Source of the DNA: Dendrobates tinctorius
Taxonomy: Eukaryota
Length of the DNA stretch: 64,000 bases
Direction: 5' to 3'
Assembly (NCBI RefSeq): GCF_039654945.1
Contig: NW_027361754.1
Location: forward strand, 61,938,001 to 62,002,000
Shown one piece after another: positions 49,045-62,085 of this stretch (positions within the stretch are counted from its first letter, which is position 1; every line of letters starts with the position of its first letter). The notes beneath the pieces are model-generated. The model was not told the DNA's origin and made no database searches. It worked only from the letters and a program-made list of their open reading frames with translations. A program made the translations under genes and the position numbers.

Positions 49045-49345
49045 TTCTTCCCTTCCTCCTTTCTTTGCCCCTTCCCTTCCTCCTTTCTTTGCCCCTTCCC
49101 TTCCTCCTTTCTTTGCCCCTTCCCTTCCTCCTTTCTTTGCCCCTTCCCTTCCTCCTTTCTTTGCCCCTTCCCTTCCTCCTTTCTTTGCCCCTTCCCTTCC
49201 TCCTTTCTTTGCCCCTTCCCTTCCTCCTTTCTTTGCCCCTTCCCTTCCTCCTTTCTTTGCCCCTTCCCTTCCTCCTTTCTTTGCCCCTTCCCTTCCTCCT
49301 TTCTTTGCCCCTTCCCTTCCTCCTTTCTTTGCCCCTTCCCTTGTC
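49045..49345. repeat. 24-bp polypyrimidine minisatellite (CCCCTTCCCTTCCTCCTTTCTTTG) x ~12
   Basis: Perfect tandem units; explains the LSLPLPFL and GAKKGGRE ORFs. Confidence 0.95.
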
Positions 49346-52300
49346 TTCCTTTCTCCTTTCTTTGCTCCTGGGAAATAAGTTGTCATTTTACAATAACAGC
49401 AAAATGAAAGATCTAAAATCTCCCTTCTGTTTTTTTGACCTATGGTGCATTTTTATTAAACCCAGCAGGTCACTTTTTAGTGCAGTTAATCCTCATTGAG
49501 ATCAAAACGGGGTAGCAGCAAAAAACACAAATTAATTGAACATATCTGAAACCTCAGTTGAGGTTTTCTGACCATAAACTTCATTTTTCTTGCTGAAAAA
49601 AATGCATATAAAAAACTTCCTGAGGACAATCTATCTTTTCCTTCTTTCTGTTATCAGTGTGTCCTGTTTTTATTTACAAATATTAATTTCCTCTGCAAAT
49701 AACACATTTCTATCAGTTACATTGTCCAAGACTGTTACATCACATAAGAAAATCCCCCTTTTCTTGAGTTCCTTATTACTGGCAATCTTCTATGTTCGGA
49801 AGTGATGTCATTATCCAAAATTCAGCTTTTCAGGGTCCTAGAAAGGCGAGTGACTGAACCACATGATCAAGAATGGTTACAGTGTTTGATAAATGGATAA
49901 AGAAAGGTGTGTGACTCAGCTCCTGCAAATGTTTTAGACAGGATACACATTTCTGCAATATTTATATCGTATCAGCATAGCGATGGATGGTTTAAACTTC
50001 TGCTCTTCTTAGAGCTTCTAATATAATTTTTTATGACGCAGTGCTGACAAAATGTAATATTACATGGTGCTCGAGTTAGTGCCAATTTATCCGCACGTCC
50101 GCTTCCATCGGCCACAAGGCGCACCGCTTCTTACCTGCCGGCAGCCGTGGCTCCTAGTTTTATTTTTTCAAACAGCAAACGGACCCATTGAGTTAAATGG
50201 TTATATTAAAGCAGCGGAGCAGAGAAAGAGATCCGTGAAGCTCAGAGCATCAGATTTTTTTTCATGTTTTAAAATAGGACATACTTGATAGGTTTGTGTC
50301 CTCTCCATTAAAAAGTCAGGCAGGGATGTGAGAATGCAGCCTTACCAAACTAATCCCATCCTGTCAGTGCATGCTACGAGTTGTATTAGGCCTGATCATT
50401 GTACTTTTTAGTTGACTTGCGGCCCATGTACGGGGTCCGGTATTGACAGCGTGTCTTTTTCCTGTCCTCGCTTCCTGCCAGCTCCTCCTGTCCTTATTCA
50501 CACAATCGGCTCTGACGCGCTTTGAAAGCTATGGGCTGGTCGTGGGACCGTGAGATTAGAGGAATGTCTTTCTTGCCGTCTTGTGTGTCCGCTGTCATTT
50601 TCATACACTGTACACAAGATATGGCTTTGATTTATCGCACTAGTATTGGTAACATGCAAGGTTTTTAGTTTACAGACCTATAAATAAGTGAATGTGTGTA
50701 ATGGGCCACTCCTGTCCTCTCGCTTGTATGTGGAGAAAACATGGTCACTGCTCACTCCTCGCCCTCCTGGATTCCCACGATTATATTGCAGTGAAGGTGA
50801 CTGATTTTTGGAACGTGAATGTACATTATCGTGAAGGAGGGACCTGAAACTTAGTGTCTTTTTGTTGGGTGGATATTTGGCTTTTATTGATCACTGTAAC
50901 CTGCGGTCTTTGCCTGGAGATAGGACTGTTTGTAGAGATCTGCAGTGGTATAGATACCTGGAGGTGGTGATAGAAAATCAAGATACTTTCATATTGATGG
51001 CTTATCTTTAGTGTTGTCTGGCCATATAATATAGATAACCTGTTTTACACCCTCGCCCGTGTGGTATTGTCAGCTCCAGCTGGATCTAATATATGCTATT
51101 GAATAGCAGATGATCTGCAGTACTCGGCAGCGGCTGCTACACATTGAACAATCATTCTTAATTCAATGTTTACATACGGCTGCCAGCAGAGCATAAAAGG
51201 GTTGTTCACTGCTAGGACAACCCCTTCTTGATCAAAATGTTTGGCCCCCATAAAATAACGCCTATACTCGCTGCCGGCACCGTGTCGGCACTCGCTCTCT
51301 TTGGGCTCCCATGCTTTATTACACGTGACGCTGACGCCCAATCAGGGCTGGCATCACTGTCCCCGCCTTCGGACAAACAAATCGATCATGAGGCGATGTA
51401 CCCACGTATGCAGAAAAAATCGGACTCCTTCCCAGGAAAAGCGTGCGCTTTTTTTATGCGTTTTTTTACAGGAGCAACCTCCTGCTCATAGAATATAGTT
51501 AGAAATGCGGATTTTTCTGCGAAATTAATGGGCATGCTGTACTTTTTTCGCGGAAAAAACGCATCAATGTGCACAAAGTGCGGCATTCATTAAAATGAAT
51601 GGGATGCTTGTATGCGTTTTTTTATGCGTTTTTGCTGGTAAAAACGCTTATAAAACGCGAAAAAAACGCTTACCTGGGTACGCAGCCTGAAGAGGTGGTC
51701 TGGGCTGCAGCTGATCCCTGGCTTCCTCTTCATGTTTGATTTGTCCGAAGGTGCAGACAGTGACGCCAGCCCGAGAGGTGAGTATAGGCTTTATTATGTT
51801 ATCAGTATCACGCAAAGAAGTTGTCAAAGTAGTGGACAACTTTTTTTTTTTTTTTTTTTCAGCTGGCTGTTGGTGTTGGACAGGTCATCAGTGTTATATG
51901 CTCTGACAAGCCCATTACGTGGGTTAATAATCTGCCGAATTAGCAGTTATGGAAACTCTCATTCATAGACCGTTCAGACCAGACGGCAAATGAGCAAATC
52001 GGTCTTGGGCGTTATTCACATGCTCCTGTTTGGTCACTTGCACAAAGAAAACTGTATGTATGACATCAGTACTTTGTCCTTTTTTTTACCATTGTCCGTG
52101 TGCCAGTTTTTTTACCATCTGTGTTTGGTTCGGGTGTCAGGTTTTTTGTACTGTCGTGTTTTATCAGTGATTTTCACTTATGGATAAATAAATGACAAAG
52201 CTTCTCATACTGCAGTGTTAATCATGGGCAAAACATGGACGGACTGTACACTGATACCATCCGTGCGCTGTCTTTCATCTTCATGGGCCCATAGATTTGT

Positions 52301-53639
52301 ATTGGTACTGTTTTATCTGTGAATGATGAACAGCCTCATACTATAATGGGTACTTAACTATCCTGATGGTGTGATCATCAATTTTAAAGGGTGATTCCCT
52401 AATTCAAAAGTTGTAACTATAAATTGGGAATAGCTCCTGATCAATAGGGCAACCCAGCCATTCTGCAATCAGGGCTCTAGGACCTAGCCTCTGTGCAAAC
52501 TTGGCGTATTTGTTGCAGAAAATAAGAATAAGCAGTGTTTGACAGAACCAGCAAAGTGAATGAGATTTCTAAAGTCTCATGCACACGTTGCTTAGTTTTT
52601 CCTTGCAGACTCAAATCTACAACATGTCAATTCTTGCAGCAGTTTTGCAGCATATTTAAGGAGTACTACTGAGTTGGGGAAAAATATGCTGCATAGTTCA
52701 TGTTAAAAAAGCAGGTATTTTACCCAGCGTTTTCCTGCAAATGCAGCAGAATCTTGTACCGACCCTGAACATGTGCACATGGCCTTACCGTGCAGAGTCC
52801 CATCCTGAATGGAGGAGCGCTCTCGCTTGACGTGCCCTCCATTCATTCGCTATGGCCTTGCAGGATATAGCGGAGCATTGTACTCTTTCTCTATCAGGGC
52901 CATAGATAATGAATGGAGCGTAGGTCAAGCGTGAGTGCTCCTCCATTCAGGATGGGACTCTGCACAGTAAGGTTACCAAGCCTCATACTTCTCATCGTTG
53001 GAGGTCGCAGCGATTGGACTGCACATTCAGATAAAGGATAATTTTTAATTCCGGGAATAACTTTTACATCTGGAAAACCCCCAGAGATGAAAAAACTGGA
53101 GATATTCACAATATTTGTGAAACATTTCTGCCCGATTAAAAGCTTGTAAAACTACAGCAATCTTCCCTCATCTATCTAATGCCTAGAATGTCTGCGTCAC
53201 TCCGACCACAAAGCCACTGTTTTACCTTTATAAATTTTTCTTAATCCCATCTCTTGAGTCTTCGTTGTGACAGCTGGCTCCTGACTCTGCCCCGAGAGTA
53301 GTCTCCTGTGTTTGCGACCAGGGCTGGGCAGGCCATTGCTTGTTGGCATTGGCAGCTGGCGGCCACACCACAATGGCAGCAGTTGATGTGTACGGACACT
53401 GCAAGTCATTGGCACACACAGATGAGTAGCTATGAATGAAAATATTGAGATGGCCCCAGAAATAATCTGTGAGTACTCAAAGTTCTTATTGTCTGTCGAT
53501 GGGGCCTACTGCTTGCGTAGTGTTATTCATCTATTGCCTGATCTGCTCCATTTTGGTTAGTGAATAAATGGCTATGATCGTCCTGAAACAACGCCACAAT
53601 TTAAATAAGTTTTAAAGGGGTTGTCTCACATACTACCCG

Positions 53640-54700
53640 CAGCGCACGACCCCAGTGATGAGAAACACGAATTTAGCTGTGATCATGAAGATGGTCAGAG
53701 CCATAAAGAAGAAAGACCATGCATATGTTCAGGATCACCATAAAATACAAATATGCAAACAGAATTTTTATTACAAAACCAGAAAAAAATACACAAGTTA
53801 AAAAAACTTATTAAAAATCCCAAAGGATAGGACATGTAAGATCCACAAGATTCAGAATATAACCGATTCAGAATATAACCAATTCAGCAATATATAACCA
53901 CTGGCCACAAAAATGCAATATTGCACAGGGAAATGATACCACATAGAAATGCTGCTAACCTAGTGTCATAACTGGGAGAAATAGGACAAGGTAGGTCCCG
54001 TATTCTCAATGAGGCAAAAACATAGCCACTACTGTGTCCTTACACGATAATGCTTGTTAGTAATAGCATGCAGAATACAATGGGGAAACTGTTGGAGAAA
54101 ATGTAGTCAGGCGAGCTAATACATCACCCTACTCAGTCCAAACAGAAAGAGAGCGAAGGTAGTCGCCCCATAGTCTAGAGAGCAGCCATGCAGCCAAATG
54201 GCGTGAGAGGACCCACACGTTCTGACACTCAAGGAGTCTTTTTCAAGGTGAGTATGTCTGGTTTTGCGGTAACAGCTTATTTAAAGCTATGTAATTACGG
54301 TAACTAGAATTCTTACCAGCTGGTGGCCGGTGGCAGGATTAGGTATGGTATGTCCCGGTGGCATGTTGCAAGCAACCCAGAAGTTAACGAAGGCGCTGGT
54401 CAAGTTATCAAGCGGAAGTCACAGATAGAGGTCCAACGCGTGCGCAGTAGTTGCCCGCACTGACAGAGGGCAATGGTACGGCGGGTCACGTTATTAATGC
54501 GCATGCGCGCAACCTGTATCGAAGGGAAGTCACAAATAGAGATCTGGCGCGTGCGCAGTAGTTGCCCACAATAAACATGGGACAATGATACGGCGGATCA
54601 AGTTGTTAATGCGAAGACGGTCAGGCTACGCTTGGTTACTGACAGTGAATTGGTCAGCAGGGTGCTTGTGTTAACCACCTCTCCATTTCTGTGCATGGTG
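53640..54700 (-). mobile_element. Possible Penelope-like relic
   Basis: Minus-strand CTTGAAAAAGAC..GTCAGAACGTGT hammerhead-like motif at 54212-54247, followed by an AT-rich tract with AATAAA; boundaries approximate. Confidence 0.35.
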
Positions 54701-54745
54701 AGTATCCTGTGGAAACCACCTTCAAATGACACCGAAAGCCTCTAA

Positions 54746-55010
54746 GGGTACCGTTACACCTAGCGATGCACCAGCGATCCCGACTAGCGATATGACGCAG
54801 TCAGGATCGCTGGTGCATCGCTAGGTGGTCGCTAGTGAGCTGCCACACAGGCCGACGAGGAATGGTCCAGGAGCTTCTCGCGCGATCAGCGATAACCAGC
54901 GGGGGAGCCGGTCGGAGGTAAGTATCAAATGCAGCGATATCGCTGCAACGTCACAAAATCGGTGACTTTACAGTGATATTGCTAGCGATATCGCAGTGTG
55001 TAACGGGGGC
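54746..55010. mobile_element. Harbinger-like MITE (AGCGAT-rich family), copy 3, internally deleted
   Basis: Colinear with 1930-2333. Confidence 0.7.
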
Positions 55011-55352
55011 TTAAGACCACCCCATTATTCCAGACTGACAGATATCCCTCTTCTTTACTGTCGACCACTTTCTTGGAGATAATTTTTGCACTGCACTTTC
55101 TCATTTGACCTCCCGGGTAATCTCTCTAGGAAAGGCTCAGGAGATTATCTGGTGTATTATTCACTCATTGTGGCACTGTGTATGTCATCTCATCGTTCCC
55201 CTGTATAGTGAACAGCTCCACTAGTACATGCTGAGTCCCAGAGGTGGGGGAGAGGCAGCTGATGACCCCTTTCGTGTTATTCTCCTCAAAGCTATCCTTG
55301 TGTATCCTGATGCTCCTTGTATGCAGAGTGGACAAGTCATGCACAATACACA

Positions 55353-55962
55353 TCTATATATATAATCGTCTTATGGTGTCTGTCTGTAACCGAATTCACG
55401 CTGCGCTGCCAGGCCGCGACCAATCAGAGACAGGCGCAGTCCTCAATTAGAAGGGCGCACACCACCGCTGCCGTAGGGAGATCAGCGGCGCTAGCCGCTG
55501 ATCTCCCGACGGTTGCCGCCGGTCATCTCCGGGCGCACGGGGGTCAGCGGTGACTCGGCCGGGAGATGACCGGCGCTAGCCGTTACCCAGGGTGCAGAGG
55601 AGAAGAGACTCCTCCGGATCCTCAGTACCATAAACTTGTAAAAATAGAATTAAAATAAATAGTGATCTACTCACCTTCCGACGGTCCCCGGACTCTGTCC
55701 CTCCTCTCCACGCTCCCAGCATCTTCCGGTCCCAGTACTGCTTTGCGCGAAATACCGCTGATGACGACGTGCTCTCGTGAGAGGGCGTCATCAACGGTCT
55801 TTGGCGCAAAGCAGTACTGGGAGCGGAATATGCCGGGAGCGTGGCGAGAAGGGACAGAGTCCGGGGGCCGTCGGATGGTGAGTATATCACTTTTTTTTAT
55901 TTTAATCTCCTGCTGGCCATATTCTAGAGTACCCGATGCTTTAGAATCGGGCCAGCAGCTAG
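55353..55962 (+). mobile_element. Non-autonomous Helitron
   Basis: A|TC 5' end, CTAG|T 3' end, subterminal hairpin CCCGATGCTTTAGAATCGGG, no TSD. Confidence 0.8.
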
Positions 55963-56299
55963 TCACTTCCATAACCTATCTGATCTATACCCGAAGGTGG
56001 CACTGAGTCTGACTATGCTTCATGCACACTGGTGGCCACCAGCTAGTGGCTCCATTTATCTCTTGCAAATCTGTAATTCCCAGCAGGGTCTGCTTGGAGG
56101 TGTAATTTTGCATTTTGTAAAAGCTAGCGAGCTGTAATTTTGTCCGCAGTCCTCTACACCAGCATCTCTCATCCTCTGACCTCAATTACGAATGATTACT
56201 TAAGGATATGCTATATAGCAGAGAGGATGCAATTTCTGAGACATTTGTGCAGTACTATGAGAGCGACCGAGCCGCGGGTACCGTCCACTCGTAGTTTAG

Positions 56300-57738
56300 G
56301 CCTCCCAGACAACCTGAAAATCTTAGAGAAATTCCGCTCCACCTGGGTACTACTGGTCAACCTAAAGAAAACCCACATCATGGTGTTCCAGAAGAGAGAA
56401 AATCAGACCAGCACCCTTCATTTGTCCTCAACAACTGCGCCCTTAAAGGAACAGCCAAATATGCCTACCTGGGCCTAGAGATTCACCGGTCAGGGAGCTT
56501 CAAACAAGCCATAGAGACCCTGAAAGACAAGGTATGCCAAACCTTCTATGCCATCCGAAGGAAACTCTACCATCTGAAGCCACCAGTGAGGGTCTGGTTA
56601 AAAATCTTCGACTCTATCATCGCCCCAATCCTCCTGTATGGCAGCAAAGTCTAAGGTCCTCACACCTACCCAGACTGGTCAAGGTGGGATTCCAGCCCAA
56701 CAGAAATACTCCACCTAGAATTCTGCAAGCACCCTCTCCAAGTCCATCGGAGCACCTCCAACAGTGCTTGCCAGGCCGAGCTGGGCAGATTCCCTCTACA
56801 CCTAACGGTTCTAAAGAGGGCACTGTCATTCCGGGCTCACCTGCATATGAGCAATCCCAGCTCCCATCACCATAAAGCCCTGACACATGTAGGTGAAACA
56901 GAAAAACCAGGATCCTCGGAACAGCCCACCCAAACCTGACCAGAACACCAATCACAAAACCTGACAAAAGCCGGAATCGGGAAGATGGTAGTCAAAGGCC
57001 AGGAGAGGTACTTAAGTGACTGGAAGAACGACCTCATCGGCTCACAGAAACTGACCATGTACCGGAGTCTACAAAGAGACTACAGACTGGCCCCATACCT
57101 GGAGAAACTCCCAGAGACCGCAAGATCCTGAGCCGATAGACTCAGTGCCCACAGTCTGGCCATCGAATCCGGCCGACACAGGCAGAGCTATAACCCCAGG
57201 GAGGAAAGACTGTGCCAACACTGTGATCAGGAGGCCCTGGAGGAAGAGACCCACTTCCTGCTACACTGCTCCAAATACTCAGCAGTGAGGGACACTCACT
57301 TCAGGAGACTCTCACATCTCTTCCTGGATTTCATCACCATGAAGGAGGAAGAGAAAACATACCGTATATCCTGCTGGGGGAAAAAGAGAGAGCAGTGGAG
57401 ATAGCAGCGCAATATGTGAGCGCATGCCATAGACTGCGAGAAAGAGAACTATGATATGCCATGGATTTCTATGCCCCCCCCCCCCCCCCCCATCCACCTT
57501 GCCTATGCATGGACTTCTGTAGCCCCATCCTGGATCTGCCCTCATCCTGGATCTGCCCACATCCCCCCTTCCCTATGCCATGGACTTCTATTGCCCCATC
57601 CTGGATCTGCCCCCATCCACCTTTCCTACAGCCCCTAGCCAACATCCCTACAGTCCCTATCCCTATTCTCTTTTGTACACTTGCTTCGGCAAAACTAATG
57701 TGTATTTAGTCCTGTCAATAAAGCTTCTTTGAATTTGT
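56300..57738 (+). mobile_element. 5'-truncated CR1-group (Crack/Daphne/L2-like) LINE
   Basis: VNLKKTHIMVF, YAYLGL, IFDSIIAPILLYGS, LAIESGRH, RLCQHC..EEETHFLLHC; AATAAAGCTTCTTTGAATTTG tail. Confidence 0.8.
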
Positions 57739-58078
57739 TTACTGGAGATTGCCAGGCTGCCAGTAAACCCTCGGTCACAGGCGTAGCATGGCAATTGTAG
57801 TGTCATACTTATGGCTCAGGTGGAGACAAGACATGCAGTAGAACTTGCCTTTACTGCACTTGGCGGATGCATCTTGTTGCTCGGTTTATGCAGTTTTGTC
57901 TGTGCCAAGCATGTGTGTCCTCTGAGATTCTGTCGGCGGCTTATCTCAGGGAGCACAAAAGGATCTGCTGTCTGACATAACTCACCTGAAAATCGTCTTT
58001 TCTGAGCCCCCGAATGGTAGACTGTCGGCCGTTCCTGTTGATATGGCCGGGTTTTTTTTTTTTCTATCTATGGCCTAT

Positions 58079-58351
58079 TTTATTTATTATTTATTGTTAT
58101 AGCGCCATTTATTCCATGGCGCTTTACATGTGAGGGGTATACATAAAAACAAGTACAATAATGTTAACAATACAAGTCATAACTGGTACAGGAGGAGAGA
58201 GGACCCTGCCCGCGAAGGCTCACAATCTACAAGGGATGGGTGAGGATACAGTAGGCGAGGGTAGAGCTGGTCATGCAGCGGTTTGGTCGAACGGTGGTTA
58301 CTGCAGGTTATAGGCTTGTCGGAAGAGGTGGGTCTTCAGGCTCTTTTTGAA
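58079..58351 (-). mobile_element. L2 3' fragment
   Basis: Reverse complement of L2 tail (TGTAAAGCGCCATGGAATAAATGGCGCTAT..AATAAAT). Confidence 0.7.
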
Positions 58352-59302
58352 GAGGCCTATTGAAGGCCTATTTGTCTCTTATTGCTGATTTCGGCTCAGA
58401 GAATGGAGACGGTAAAATCTGCATTTGTAATAAGAACATGGACATTCAATGGTGTCTATCACTGGATGTTTGTTACTAAGCAATATTTGTCATGCTTCTT
58501 TGTATGAGGGTGCAGTCGGGCGGCCACATAGATCAGAACGCAAAGCTGAAGCTGGGGAACTGTTCCCTTCTGAACAATGACCATGAGACAGCCCCATTAC
58601 ATTACTTTTTGAAAACCTGTTGGCAGCAAATGGATACCTTCCTGTTCACATCCAGAAGCTGAAAGTAAAAAAAAAAAAGTCTTGTTTTCAAACTCTGGTA
58701 ATCTCTTGTAAATAAACGCTCTGATACATTGTAACAAGCCCTGCATCTATTGGCTGGATACTGTTAGTAGGGGGTTCATTTTCCTGATCTCTACCTGAGC
58801 TCAGTGTTTCCAGTAGTGGGAAAGGAAACCTGATTCCCAATGGTGTCCCTCCAGATCGGTCTTCTCACTGTTGTAGTGATCAATGGCTGGAATGAAGTGT
58901 ATAGTCATATCCTAGCGATTACTGCAATGTGAAAGCCCAGTGGGCAAGGCGAGCTGTGCGTGTCAAGTGTCCTGCATGAATTGTCTCCCTGCATAGAATA
59001 TCATGGAGCGTATGCAGTGATGTCACCGGCCCTTTGGACTGAAATTTACATATGAAATTGGTGCCCGGGTCATTGAACTTTCCATGTGGTTGAATTGTGA
59101 AATCCACTCAGGTGATTTCCAGCAGTAGATAAGGATTTCCCATGGGGTCTTGAGTAAAGGAATTTCCTGAGGGTTGGAGCAATTTCTAGCAGATCCGGTA
59201 TGGATGGTCAGGTCTGTGCAGGACACTTTGCTCATGGGACCCCAAGTGATTGGATTTATCACCTTTCTTGTTGATAGTCTTTCATGTGAAAGCACTTTAA
59301 TA

Positions 59303-60505
59303 ACCCCTTTGCGACATCCACCATACATGTTGCCGGAACAGAAATCTTTCCCCAGACATGTCAGCTGTTTTGAACAGCTGTATGTGTCCGTAACAGCCAC
59401 AGGTGGAATCGCGATCCACCCGCGCCAATTAACACGTTAAACATTGCTGTCAAACTCTGACAGCAGCAATTAACGTGCGCTTCCGGCCATCGGGCCGGAA
59501 ATCTGCCCACCAGTGACTCCCTGTTACGTGATCGCGGGTCCCCGGTGGGTTGGCATGACAACCGGAGGTCTTCTGGAGACCTCTAAGGTTGTCACCTCAC
59601 CACTGGCTTGCTGTGAGCGCCACCCAGTGAATTATTCATAGCAAGTGAGTAATTCTGCCACATATAGGCGATCTATTCATTGCCTATATGTAGCAGTCGA
59701 TCGAGTTATGGCAGCTTCTAATCTCCCATGGAGGCTATTGAAGCATGGCAAAAGTAAAAAAGTTTTTAAAAATATTAAAAAATAAAGGTTTAAATTACCC
59801 CCCATTCGCCCCATTCAAAATAAAACAATTAAAAAAAAAAATAAAAAATCAAGCATGCACATTTGGTATCACTGTGTTCAGAATCGCCTGATCTATCAAT
59901 TAAAAAAAAAAAAACCTGATCGGTAAACGGCGTAGCGAAAAAAAGTAAACTGCAGAATTACGTTTTTTTTGGTCACCACGACATTGCATTAAAATGCAAT
60001 AACTATCGATCAAAAGATTGTATCTGCACAAAAGTGGTATTAAAAACGTCAGCTCGGCACGCAAAAAAAAGCTCTCACCCAACCCCAGATCACAAAAAAT
60101 GGAGACTCTACGGGTATCGGAAAATGGCGCCTTTTTTTTTTTTTTTTTTTTTTCTTTTTAAGTTTGGAATTTTTCTCACCTCTTAGATAAAAAAGAACCT
60201 AGACATGTTTGGTGTCTATGAACTCGTAATGACCTGGAGAATCATAATGGCAGGTCAGGTTTAGCATTTAGTGAACATGGTGGAACCCCCCCCCCCCAAA
60301 AAACAAAAAATTGTGGGATTAAACTTTTTTTTTGCAATTTCACCACAGTTGGAATTTTTTCTCCCTCCTTATTGAGTACCCGATATGGTTAAAACCAATG
60401 GTGTTGTTCAAAAGTACAACTCGTCCCGCAAAAAACAAGCCCTCCCTTGGCCATATTGATGGAAAAATCAAAAAGTTATGACTCTGAGAAGGGGAGCAAA
60501 AAAAA
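59303..60505. mobile_element. piggyBac-like non-autonomous element related to the 9917 left end
   Basis: Starts TAA|CCCCTT; shares TGTCAGCTG, GATCGCGG and AACTCGTCCCGCAAAAAA motifs. Confidence 0.55.
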
Positions 60506-60507
60506 CA

Positions 60508-61082
60508 GGCTATGTGCCCACGTTGCGTTTAAATCCGGACACTGAAAACCGGACTCCTTTCCCAGAAATCGCGCGTTTTTTTCCGCGGGATTTTACCGCG
60601 ATTATGTTCGCGATTTAGCCGCGATTTTCGCGTGCGATATTCAAGCACTTTCCAAGCGATTTGAAGCATCGCTTGGAAAGTGATTGACAGGTTGGTCACA
60701 CTCGTCAAACATAGTGTTTGACAAGTGTGACCAGGTTTTTACTATTGAGGCTGCCTATGCAGCATCAATAGTAAAAGAATGTTAAAATGCTAAAAAAAAA
60801 TAAAAAATCGGGGTATATTTACCTTCCGGCGTCCCGCGCTGCATTCCCGGGCCTCAGCGTTCCCAGTAATGCCTTGTGGCAAGGTCCTGTGATGACGTAG
60901 GCGGCCTCAATAGTAAAAACCTGGTCACACTTGTCAAACACTGTTTGACGAATGTCACCAACCTGTCAATCACTTTCTAAGCGAACATAATCGTGGTAAA
61001 ATCGCGTGGAAAAAAAGCGCGATTTCTGGGAAGGAGTCCGGTTTTCAGTGTCCGGATTTAAATGCTACGTGGGCACATAGCC
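60508..61082. mobile_element. Palindromic Harbinger-type MITE
   Basis: GGCTATGTGCCCACG...CGTGGGCACATAGCC; internal similarity to 45083-46377. Confidence 0.8.
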
Positions 61083-61384
61083 TTACGGTGCATCTGGGTC
61101 TTTTGGGCGAGTTGGTTTCTATATAATTTTTAAGTCTTAGTCTAGTTTTCCTTAATGCCTCCTGTTGATACCATTTGGTGGACAGTCTTCTGTGTTAGAT
61201 CGGTTCTGTATACAGTATACCTTATTCGGGTATCTTGCATTAGTAGAAGGGGTGCAATATTTAGGATCCTCTCCTCAATCAGAATAGAGAGCGGTTACTG
61301 TGGACAACATTTTTTGTTTTATGTTCCACAGACACTACTCGGTGTAGACAGCGCTCTATGTACAATCCCTGACACCGAACAGGG

Positions 61385-62085
61385 CGCCCCCCATAGACCA
61401 GCACACTGCTCTCCTGAAATACTCTGTGCTGCTGTCGCCCTGCTCCTTCCACCATACATCAGGCCCCTGCCGCCTCGGTTTCACACATCGCCAGGACAGG
61501 ATCTGAGGAGAGGAATGGGGTCTTCGGTCACCGAGGATGGCAGGCAGCAAGGATTCTGGGAGCAGGGTGACAGCAGCACAGAGTATTTCAGGAGAGCAGT
61601 GTGCTGGTCTATGGGGGGGCACAGAGGGAGATATATGGGGGAGGAGCAGGGTGACAGCAGCACAGAAATCCAGGAAACATTTCTGCTGATTGATGGCCTG
61701 TTCTGATCCAGACTTTGCAGGCAAAGACCCCATTCCACTCCTCAGATCCTGTCCTGGTGATGTGTGAAAGCGAGGCGACAGGCGCAGTCCGGGGTGACGC
61801 TGGGGGGAAATGTAGCCATACCGTAACGATAAAAATGAGACCCCTCTCTTCAGCTGCCTCACCAGCCCTCCCCTGGCTGCACCTATTACCCCTGACCCGT
61901 GTGCAGGTGCTCAGCCAGAACCACCCTAGAAAGGGTCCCCTTTTAGCAGATAATACTGCCATAGTGTTCTCACATAATACCGCCATATACTTCACACAAT
62001 GCCGCCATATAGCTCATACCACCATGTAGATCACACATAAAACCAGCAGGGTGACAGCAGCACAGAGTATTTCAGGAGAGCAGTA
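61385..62085. repeat. Rearranged repeat with inverted and direct copies of the CAGGGTGACAGCAGCACAGAGTATTTCAGGAGAGCAG motif
   Basis: ~61387-61447 is inverted relative to ~61560-61620; direct copies at ~61645 and ~62047. Confidence 0.6.

Noticed and set aside
48918-49499. 193-aa LSLPLPFL and 119-aa GAKKGGRE ORFs
   Set aside because: Translations of a 24-bp minisatellite
61155-62029. Cluster of 100-180-aa ORFs on both strands
   Set aside because: Mirror translations of inverted and direct repeats
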